NCBI GenBank assembly: GCA_041651115.1 | Contig: JBAZJY010000003.1 | Coordinates: forward strand, 3,188 to 67,187 | DNA: 64,000 nt | Origin: Candidatus Omnitrophota bacterium | GTDB lineage: Bacteria; Omnitrophota; Gorgyraeia; Gygaellales; Profunditerraquicolaceae | Reading direction: 5' to 3' | In this document: piece after piece, positions 18,737 to 26,776 of the stretch | Numbering within the stretch: the stretch's first letter is position 1 | How the letters are laid out: each line of letters opens with the position of its first letter | The notes under the pieces: model-generated | Told to the model about the DNA's origin: nothing | The model's input: only the letters and a program-made list of their open reading frames with translations | Database searches by the model: none | Made by a program: the position numbers and the translations under genes

Positions 18737-19313
18737 GCAGGTTCAAGTTCAGCTTGGTGTCGGCTTGGCTGCGCAACGAAGCCATCCAATCACCCAGTAT
18801 ACGGCTCTCTTTTACGCGGGTAAGCTCCCATTTGATCTGATTATAGAGCTGATCATAGGGCTTATCGGTTTTCCCCTCTTCTTTTAACTTATTATATACT
18901 GCTTCGATCTCTTTATCCGTAACAACTACCGCTCCGGCAACCTCTTTTGCTTTCCTGTCCAGGGTCAATTTTAAAAGCGACTGCTCCCAGAAGCGCTCCA
19001 CCATTTTAAGGAAGTCCTTATCCCTGTCAATGCCCTTTGCCTCGGCATCCTGGAGGATAACCTTGCGGTTGATCAGCATATTCAGGAATTCCTTCCGGGA
19101 ATCGGGAGTATCGATCCTGCCGTAGGCTGAAAGCTTGAATTCTTCGTCAAATTCTTCCTTTGTAATTTCATAATTATTGATCTTGGCAAGGATCTCTTTG
19201 TTTTTAGGCGCTTGCTTTGCGCATCCGCAGATAACAAATACTACCAATAATAAAAAGGCAATTAATCTCTTCATTGCCGGCTCCTTTCCTGGTAAATTTA
19301 CATCATTATACAA
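18711..19313 (-). CDS. lipoprotein with SurA N-terminal-like chaperone domain
   Basis: MKRLIAFLLLVVFVICGC lipobox-like signal. KINNYEITKEEFDEE...RKVILQDAEAKGI resembles the SurA_N / PpiD N-terminal chaperone module. Confidence 0.45.
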   Translation of the reverse strand: MYNDVNLPGKEPAMKRLIAFLLLVVFVICGCAKQAPKNKEILAKINNYEITKEEFDEEFKLSAYGRIDTPDSRKEFLNMLINRKVILQDAEAKGIDRDKDFLKMVERFWEQSLLKLTLDRKAKEVAGAVVVTDKEIEAVYNKLKEEGKTDKPYDQLYNQIKWELTRVKESRILGDWMASLRSQADTKLNLNLLDLKADNK

Positions 19314-19352
19314 TACCTCGCTAGAATTTACTATTAAAAAATCATGCGGGTT

Positions 19353-22300
19353 TTACTTCAAAAACGGCAGCAAGCCTTCATGGCCGAGGATGTTTATCCG
19401 GCCGTCAATAAACTCATAGGCGTCTTCTTCAAGTATGAACTGATCAAAAGCAGAATAATCAGCGCTTACCAGAGGATGATAGAAATAAACCACCGGCATA
19501 AGGGTAAAAGTATTTATCCGGTATAAAGCCATATCTGTCTCGCTAAGCACCGGCTTAAGCAGCGCGTCAGCAGTTGCCAATTGAGAGATAACCGCAGGTA
19601 ATGATCCGGTAATATTAAAATTACCCGATGTTATAGCACTTAAACCTGCCGCAGAAGCAGTCAGCGCATAGCCGGTACCTGGCAGGTTAATGAATAAGTC
19701 GCCAAAAGTAACTACTCCGCCTGAAGCAGTGTGGGTGAGCGTTCCGGAAAGAGCTGCTCCGGAAGGATTAATGCCAAGTGCAATACTCACGGAAGTCGCA
19801 TTATCCGTGCTGGCAGTATTGCCGAATTGATCTCTAAGCGTAATGGTTATTGCCGGCGCGATCAACGTATTAAAATCAACGCTGGACGGCTGCTGGCTAA
19901 ATACCATTATAGCCGCAGCAGCAGGGTTCACGGTTACTGCCAAAGGAACCGATGTAGTAACCGCACCCTGCGTTGCGGAGATCGCGGCGCTTTCCGCGTT
20001 ATATAATACTGCGCTGCCTCCGCTGGTTGAAACGCCGTTAGTAAAAGTAACCACGGTATTTGCGCCAAAACTTATTGCTGCGCCGTTCTTATCCGTGACC
20101 GTAGGAACGAAGCTGCCAATAGAATTTGCTCCGCTAAAGACCAGGGTTTTGTCTCCGGAGTAAGACAAGGCTGTGCCGCCGACCCCGTCAATTGCCGTGA
20201 TCGTCAGGAGATTGGCTGCCCCGGCATTCTGTGAGCCGGAGCCGGAGACTACGAAATGGTCCACCAGGTTCCAGTTAGTATTATTGCCGCTGTCTTTTGA
20301 GCTTGTTGCCGTTATCACAGAAGCGTTGATATTATTTGAATCTTTTACATCTACAAAAGAAACACTGCGGCTTCCTTGCGGATCGATCAGCCATTGCGAG
20401 CCGCTTACTGAACTGCGCAGGATGATCAGGTTACCCGATGTGCCGGTAAGTGTCAACGCTCCGTTAATAGTCAGCGTTGTGCCTGCGGTAAAGGTAACCT
20501 GATTACCCGCGGATACGGTAAAGCTTCCGGTAACAAGCTTATCGCTTAACGAGGCAAACGTCGCCTTGTTGGTATTGGTATCATTAATGCTCAAATTAAA
20601 GTAGTCCGTTGCCCCGAAATCTTTGATCGTAATGGTTTCCGCGATATTCCTGCCTACATATTCCCAGGTTCCGGAGTCAGTATCATTCACTGTCCAGGAT
20701 ACGGTTTCTATTCCCTGCAGCCGCAAGGTACCGTTATTCACGAAAGAAGTGGTAGTGGTAATATTAAATCCGTTAAGATAAAGCACCCCCGAGCTGATCG
20801 TCAGGGTGCCGTTTATATCCAGGTTATTATTGATCAGCGTAACTACCGCTCCGCCGGATTTATTAATCACTAAATCCTGGAAATCGTCGCCTGCAGCAAC
20901 GCCGCCTGAATCAAGCGTAGAATTAATTGAACCGTCAAACGTAACTATGCTATCCTGGGAATTAAACGTTGCGGAATTTGACCAATTACCGGCAACGTTA
21001 ATACTAAAATCGGACGCACTTGTATTAAGTGTGCCGCCTGAGATCGTCAAATTGCCGTCTACATCAAGATTACCGGCAAGGGTTGAGGTACCACCGGTGA
21101 ATTCAATATTATCAAATGCCATAGTGGTTGAGGTCCCCTGTCCGTCTATAGTATTCGCGCCGTTAAAGACCACAAGCGAATTATTGGTAGTAGCGTCCAC
21201 TGTTCCCGCGATATAAGTCCAGGCTCCTGCGCCTGCCCCATTTATGCGGATCGTACCTGCCAGCGTTAAAGTGCCTGCGCTCTTATTAATCGTCAAATCA
21301 GGCAGCTCGCCGGCGCTGACCGTAGCATTGCCGGTAAAAAGCTGGTTGGCAGATCCCGTGATCTGAAGCAGCGCAGAGCCGCCATCAGTCAAACTTCCCT
21401 GGATCAGATCTCCCTGCACATTAATAGTTCCGGTATTGATCGTTCCATCGGTATAGGTAAAAGTACCGGTTATAGTAAGCGTAGTGCCGCTTGCGATTAC
21501 CCTGGTCCCGGCATTATTGAAAGTCACATTATTCAGGGTATGCGAACCCGTAATAGTCATACCGCCGTCAAATACCAGCGTGCTTGAGCCGGTATTCAGC
21601 GTCCCTGCCGTATATGTCCAGGCATTCGCGCCCTGCCCATTGGTACGGATAGTGCCGGCGAGGAAAAGCGTACCGCTGGCCTTGTTGATCGTAACATCGG
21701 GTAATTCGCCTGCCGTTGTAGTGGCGCTGCCGGTAAAAGTCTGATCAGAAGCGCCGTCAATAATCAGCGTAGCTGTGCCTCCGTCAAACGTGGATAATTG
21801 AACAATATTCCCGCGCGCGGAAACTGTGCCGGAATTAATACCGCCGTCGGTCAACGTAAGAGTTCCCATAATAATAATCGTATCTGCTGCAGCTACTGTC
21901 TTGTTTGCGGTAGAATTAAAATTTACATTGTGGAATGTTTCGGTGGTAAGCACATTGATCGTGGCGCCTGCGCCGCTAAAAGTAACGCTGCTGGTACCCT
22001 CGTTAAACGCGCCTGCGCCGGAAATAGTAAAATTATTGGCAATGTCAAGATTAGCTGAACCCGCGTTAAATATGCCTGTGCCTGAAGCAGCAAAGTTATT
22101 CGCTATGTTTATATTGCCGGTACCTGCATTGAAAGTGCCGCCGGAAACGCTAAAATTACGGCTTACTGTCAAAGTTTGACCGCCTAAATTAACCGTACCT
22201 CCTGCCTGGCTGAAATCCCTGACTGAAAGCGAACGCTCAAAAGTAATAGTGCCTGTATAACCCGAACCGATCAACAGGTCGCGGATCGTGCCGGCAAAGG

Positions 22301-24035
22301 CTGCGTCTACAATAGAATCTTTGGTTGAGGTAGCGTCAAAGGTCGCGTCAGTAGTAGAGATTGGCAGGGTATTGCCTGACCAGTTATCCGCGTCAGACCA
22401 GTTATTGGTAGTACCGCCGCCGTCCCAGGTAGGGTCAATTTCAAAATTAACGTTGTTTCCCGCGTCAACGCCGATCGGGATAATAACGGTATTTAACGCG
22501 TAGGCATCACGGATATTCACTCTTTCAAGGAGATATCCTGCAGCCTGAAGGTCCAGATACCAATATTCGCCTGCCTGGCTTGAACGCAGTTTAATGAAAA
22601 ATTCTTCAGGGCCGATATCAACAGCGCCGATTATACTCAAGCTTCCTTTAAAAGTATATGTCTTTCCCGCTTCAAAATATATTTCTTTATCGGGGATCGC
22701 TAAATTGAGATTATAAAAAGTAATATTTCCGTAAAGATATACGGGTTCATTTCCTAAAAAGCTTACTTCTGCTGCCTCTAATGTAAGGCTTGAGCCTTTA
22801 TCATAGAGGATCGCGCCGAATCCATCCGGAGGACCGCGCAGCAACACACTTGTGCCGATGCCTAAGCTTTCCAATATATCTATGTTGCCTAATGACCGGA
22901 TAAAATGAATATGCTCCGCGTCAATTGCGATAGGAAAACCTGCTGCGCCAAGGCTCCTGGCAGTGATATTTACTTCACTTGCCCGGATAACCACAGCTAA
23001 AGTTGCCACGTCAGCTAAAGGATCGCTGTTTAAAGTCGTCTTTATGTTTTCAGCTTCAATAACTACTTCTCCGCCAACAGCTTCTATTAAGCCATCCTGG
23101 ATTACGTCTGCTGCCTTTATATAAACCGCTCCGGCCCCTGCTTCTAACGCCCCGGCATTAATCACCGGAGCGCCTTCGGCTACCAGCTCAATTATCCCAT
23201 TATTGCTTACAAGGTTAGTTGCCTGGATTATACCTGAATTATTGATCGCGTGATCAAAGATATGATTCAAAGCTTTGACGGCTAAAATTACTTTGCCTCC
23301 CGGATTAAGGATTGTCCCGCTATTGCGAACGGCCGAGCTTAATTTTTCGCCGTCAAAGCCAAATATTTCTTCTTTTACAGCTTCATCGATCACTACGGAA
23401 ATCATGCCGGCAGTATCAAGATTAAGGGTGATCTTCTCTCCGGCTGCCAGGACTACCGAGCCTAATGTCGTTTCAATGGTGCCGGCATTAGCTACCGCAG
23501 AGCCCAATAAAACCGCCTGTCCGCCTTCCCTTATTTTTATGTAGCCGTTATTTATTACCGGCTTGCCTACTTTATCTACCCATTTAGTAAAAATATAATT
23601 TGAAGAAAGGAAATCGCTGTTTTGTATATTTAATGTGGAAGCGATAATGCCTGCGGCATCTATCCTTGCCAATGGGCCGATATTTATGCCGTTGGGATTG
23701 ATCAGATAAATTATGCCGTTTGCGCTAAGCGTGCCGAATATGCCGCTTATTTGGTCGCCCAAAACGCGGTTCAAGGCAGCAGAGGTTGCGGACGGCTGAT
23801 AAAAATAAACCGATTCGCCGGCTGCAATGCTAAAACTGTTATAATCAATGATTAATTTATCGGAAGGAGTGGTGATCTTAAGGATGTTCGGTTCGGAGCG
23901 GTCAAAACTGGCGCTACCCTCAATTATGCTTTCTCCTTCAGGAAGGGCAAAAGCAGAATTCAGGCTGATAAGCCAAAGGCTTACCAGTGCCAGTATCCAT
24001 ACGCTTATCTTTTTAACTCTATGCACCCTCAACAT
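19353..24035 (-). CDS. two-partner secretion exoprotein TpsA (filamentous-haemagglutinin family), 1560 aa, beta-helical with internal tandem repeats
   Basis: Signal peptide. N-terminal TPS domain (IIDYNSFSIAAGESVYFYQPSATSAALNRVLGDQISGIFGTLSANGIIYLINPNGINIG) with the NPNGI motif. Long Gly/Thr/Asn-rich beta-helix region with two ~133-aa tandem repeats. C-terminal 50 aa shared with the 24980..26581 protein. Confidence 0.8.
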   Translation of the reverse strand: MLRVHRVKKISVWILALVSLWLISLNSAFALPEGESIIEGSASFDRSEPNILKITTPSDKLIIDYNSFSIAAGESVYFYQPSATSAALNRVLGDQISGIFGTLSANGIIYLINPNGINIGPLARIDAAGIIASTLNIQNSDFLSSNYIFTKWVDKVGKPVINNGYIKIREGGQAVLLGSAVANAGTIETTLGSVVLAAGEKITLNLDTAGMISVVIDEAVKEEIFGFDGEKLSSAVRNSGTILNPGGKVILAVKALNHIFDHAINNSGIIQATNLVSNNGIIELVAEGAPVINAGALEAGAGAVYIKAADVIQDGLIEAVGGEVVIEAENIKTTLNSDPLADVATLAVVIRASEVNITARSLGAAGFPIAIDAEHIHFIRSLGNIDILESLGIGTSVLLRGPPDGFGAILYDKGSSLTLEAAEVSFLGNEPVYLYGNITFYNLNLAIPDKEIYFEAGKTYTFKGSLSIIGAVDIGPEEFFIKLRSSQAGEYWYLDLQAAGYLLERVNIRDAYALNTVIIPIGVDAGNNVNFEIDPTWDGGGTTNNWSDADNWSGNTLPISTTDATFDATSTKDSIVDAAFAGTIRDLLIGSGYTGTITFERSLSVRDFSQAGGTVNLGGQTLTVSRNFSVSGGTFNAGTGNINIANNFAASGTGIFNAGSANLDIANNFTISGAGAFNEGTSSVTFSGAGATINVLTTETFHNVNFNSTANKTVAAADTIIIMGTLTLTDGGINSGTVSARGNIVQLSTFDGGTATLIIDGASDQTFTGSATTTAGELPDVTINKASGTLFLAGTIRTNGQGANAWTYTAGTLNTGSSTLVFDGGMTITGSHTLNNVTFNNAGTRVIASGTTLTITGTFTYTDGTINTGTINVQGDLIQGSLTDGGSALLQITGSANQLFTGNATVSAGELPDLTINKSAGTLTLAGTIRINGAGAGAWTYIAGTVDATTNNSLVVFNGANTIDGQGTSTTMAFDNIEFTGGTSTLAGNLDVDGNLTISGGTLNTSASDFSINVAGNWSNSATFNSQDSIVTFDGSINSTLDSGGVAAGDDFQDLVINKSGGAVVTLINNNLDINGTLTISSGVLYLNGFNITTTTSFVNNGTLRLQGIETVSWTVNDTDSGTWEYVGRNIAETITIKDFGATDYFNLSINDTNTNKATFASLSDKLVTGSFTVSAGNQVTFTAGTTLTINGALTLTGTSGNLIILRSSVSGSQWLIDPQGSRSVSFVDVKDSNNINASVITATSSKDSGNNTNWNLVDHFVVSGSGSQNAGAANLLTITAIDGVGGTALSYSGDKTLVFSGANSIGSFVPTVTDKNGAAISFGANTVVTFTNGVSTSGGSAVLYNAESAAISATQGAVTTSVPLAVTVNPAAAAIMVFSQQPSSVDFNTLIAPAITITLRDQFGNTASTDNATSVSIALGINPSGAALSGTLTHTASGGVVTFGDLFINLPGTGYALTASAAGLSAITSGNFNITGSLPAVISQLATADALLKPVLSETDMALYRINTFTLMPVVYFYHPLVSADYSAFDQFILEEDAYEFIDGRINILGHEGLLPFLK

Positions 24036-24103
24036 CTTAAGCTCCTGTCTGATTGTATCCCCTTTTTTCTACACTATTTAGATGCTTCAGGAGCTAAAAT
24101 GTT

Positions 24104-24886
24104 TCAGGATTTTTTGCGGATAAAATCCGCTATTTTCACCTCCAATTCAATCGGCAAGTCACGGCATTCCAAGAACTTAGCGACTTTGATCGCTTTAGAG
24201 TATTTGCTCAGGAATAATTTGCATGGCCGGCAGTCTTTAATATGCCTATCAAAGGCTTTTTTGCGGGTCTTGCCTAAAGAACCGCGGCTATAGTTATATA
24301 CGAACCCTTCCCAGATGCTGCAGCGGGGGTTTTCCTCTTCATTTTTCTCCAGTTTATCCTTAAAATAATCCTTTGTTTCCGCGGCAAGCATCATCTCTGC
24401 CCTGCGCAGCCTTGTCCTGAATGATGCTTCCTTAAGCTTTAAAACCGCAGCCGCGGCTTCACCCGGCATACGTTCAACATAGTGCAGCACCAAAGGCATA
24501 CGGTATTCAATCGGCAGCTGCTTGATCGCGTTATCAACCCGCTGCCGGAATTCGACATCAAGCGCCTGTTCATCAGGCATTTTTGACCAGTTAACGAACA
24601 GCCCGGAAAGCTCCTTCTTTGTCCCGTCTTTAAAACCGTCAATCAGCTTGAAGCGGCTTGAACGCTTTCGCAGATACATCAACGCTTCATTATAGGCGAT
24701 CTTATATATCCAGGTAGAAAGGTATTCGCGGTTCTTCAGCTCTTTAATGTTATCAATGATCTTCACGAATACGGACTGCACCACGTCTTCAGCATCAGTC
24801 TGATTCCTGGTAATGCTCAAGGCAAGGCCGTAGATCTTATTTTTATAGTTCTTGAAGATCTCTTCTATTTTGATTCGTGGCTTCAT
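24104..24886 (-). CDS. ECF-type sigma-70 factor fused to a C-terminal zf-HC2 anti-sigma domain
   Basis: Region 2 (DAEDVVQSVFVKIIDNIKELKNREYLSTWIYKIAYNEALMYLRKR). Region 4 (LPIEYRMPLVLHYVERMPGEAAAAVLKLKEASFRTRL). Then FDRHIKDCRPCKLF, the HxxxCxxC anti-sigma zinc finger. No TM segment. Confidence 0.7.
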   Translation of the reverse strand: MKPRIKIEEIFKNYKNKIYGLALSITRNQTDAEDVVQSVFVKIIDNIKELKNREYLSTWIYKIAYNEALMYLRKRSSRFKLIDGFKDGTKKELSGLFVNWSKMPDEQALDVEFRQRVDNAIKQLPIEYRMPLVLHYVERMPGEAAAAVLKLKEASFRTRLRRAEMMLAAETKDYFKDKLEKNEEENPRCSIWEGFVYNYSRGSLGKTRKKAFDRHIKDCRPCKLFLSKYSKAIKVAKFLECRDLPIELEVKIADFIRKKS

Positions 24887-24929
24887 AATACCTAATTATA
24901 TACCGCGTTAAAGAAAATGCTACAAAAAA

Positions 24930-24975
24930 AAGAGGGGACGTTTCTAAGGAAACGTCCCCTCTTTTTTAAGAGCTT
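24930..24975 (-). terminator. rho-independent terminator after the 533-aa tpsA gene
   Basis: Perfect hairpin AGAGGGGACGTTTC-(loop)-GAAACGTCCCCTCT flanked by an A-tract on one side and a T-tract on the other. On the minus strand it is followed by TTTTTTTT. Confidence 0.65.
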
Positions 24976-24979
24976 AGTT

Positions 24980-26581
24980 TTACTTTATGCCTTCAAGGAT
25001 CGGAAGCAAGCCCTGATGGCCTTTGATGTTGAGCGAACCTTCAATGAAGTCATAGGCGCCTTCTTCAAGGACAAATTCATCAAACCCGTTCATTGCCGAA
25101 GCAGTGATCGGATGATAGAAATATACCAATCTCGGGTCAACCGCATTATACTGCCAAACGGCAAACTGCTCGTTATAAGGCAAGCCTTCCTTGCCCCACA
25201 AATCGCTCGCAGAAACCCGGGGAGTAGGATCCGGCTCAGGCGGTAAATCCGGGTAGGTGGCAAAGCTTGAGGCAAAACGTATTACAGCATCATCAAAATC
25301 CTGATCCCCGCCGTTGGGATAATCCTCAAACCCATATATGACTCCAGTCTCTTTTACATGATCCTGTTTTGAACCGCTGTTAAGGGAAGATTCTTCATAC
25401 CAGATATAATCATTCTTCCCGTTCTGGAAAATACAATACAGCTTAAACTCAGTGGCATCTAAAGAAGTCTGACCTGTTCCAGAACCACTCTTGATATCTT
25501 TTCCCGGAAGAGCCTGAGCAAAAGGCACGCGCGTAAGCACACCATTATCATAATAGTAATAGCCGAGTTCAATCAATTTAAAACCCCTTGAACCGCTCAA
25601 ATACTCCCATGAAAACACGCCTAAGCTATCTATCTCGCTGCTGTTAAAGCCGGAAACCAGCATGCCGGTATTTGTGACGTCATCAATTATCGGGTCGCCT
25701 TCTGCCACCAACTCGATCACGCCGTTATGATTTACAAGGTTGATTGCCTGAATAACTCCGGTGTTATTAATCGCATAATCAAAAATACCATTAAGGATCT
25801 CAGCATTTAAAATAACTTTCCCGCCGTCAGCACGGATCACACCGGAATTTTTTATCGCACATTTCATACCCAGTACGTCATTCTTCACCACATCATCGAT
25901 GACTACGGATATCGTGCCCGCAGGATCAAGGTTAAGGGTCATTTTTTCTCCTGCTGCCAAAACTACGGTGCCGAGATCAGCAATGATCACCCCGCGGTTT
26001 TCAACTGCCTGCGACAAAAGGCAGACATAACCGCCGTTATTAACATTAATATTGCCTTCGTTAATAATGGAGCCGTCTACTCCGACCTTTTTTAAAAAAT
26101 TATACGCCCCAAGACGGAAATCCGCATCGCTAATCTCAAGGGTAGAAGCAACTAATGCGGGGGCGTCAACGCGTGAACCTGCGCCAAAGATTACACCATT
26201 AGGATTAACTACAAAGATCTTTGCGGTTTCAGAATAGAGCGTACCGAGGAAATTCGTAGGGCTGCCGTTTGCAATACGGTTTAAAACTGTTGAGCCTCCG
26301 TAAAAATTTACCGCTTGGCCTGAATCAGTATCAAAGGTACCCCAATTAATAATTGCGTTGGCTGAAGGATTAGTAATCACGACATCAACTTTAGTATCGG
26401 GAACAGTAGTGACAACAGCTAAACCACTGGTAATATCATCTCCACTTGCCCCGGACGGCAAACAAAACGCCAATGCAGGAGTAATTAAAGTAAGGATTAT
26501 TGCAGCTAAGATTCTTTTATGACGGGCCATTTTGAAGGTCTCCTTATAGTTATGAAAACGCTTTCTTTTTAGCACGAACAA
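24980..26581 (-). CDS. second TpsA-family exoprotein, 533 aa (TPS domain + distinct middle + shared C-terminal tail)
   Basis: Signal peptide. TPS domain (IINWGTFDTDSGQAVNFYGGSTVLNRIANGSPTNFLGTLYSETAKIFVVNPNGVIFG). Region through NHNGVIELVAEG collinear with the large TpsA. Last ~50 aa (VYFYHP...FDEFVLEEGAYDFIEGSLNIKGHQGLLP) about 60% identical to the large TpsA C-terminus. Confidence 0.75.
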   Translation of the reverse strand: MFVLKRKRFHNYKETFKMARHKRILAAIILTLITPALAFCLPSGASGDDITSGLAVVTTVPDTKVDVVITNPSANAIINWGTFDTDSGQAVNFYGGSTVLNRIANGSPTNFLGTLYSETAKIFVVNPNGVIFGAGSRVDAPALVASTLEISDADFRLGAYNFLKKVGVDGSIINEGNINVNNGGYVCLLSQAVENRGVIIADLGTVVLAAGEKMTLNLDPAGTISVVIDDVVKNDVLGMKCAIKNSGVIRADGGKVILNAEILNGIFDYAINNTGVIQAINLVNHNGVIELVAEGDPIIDDVTNTGMLVSGFNSSEIDSLGVFSWEYLSGSRGFKLIELGYYYYDNGVLTRVPFAQALPGKDIKSGSGTGQTSLDATEFKLYCIFQNGKNDYIWYEESSLNSGSKQDHVKETGVIYGFEDYPNGGDQDFDDAVIRFASSFATYPDLPPEPDPTPRVSASDLWGKEGLPYNEQFAVWQYNAVDPRLVYFYHPITASAMNGFDEFVLEEGAYDFIEGSLNIKGHQGLLPILEGIK

Positions 26582-26776
26582 AAGAAAGTTTACCCAATGG
26601 AAACGGCTTTGTCAAGGCGATATTTTAATGAGGCCATGGCTTATTGAGCGAATAAAAACGAGCGAAAATAAGCCATTGGGCCGAATTGAGATCCTTAAGT
26701 TTTGATTTAGCGAAATCCCGCAGCTGCGAGTAGATTTCTACAAAATCTACGAGCTGCTTGCTGTCGGGATCTATCC

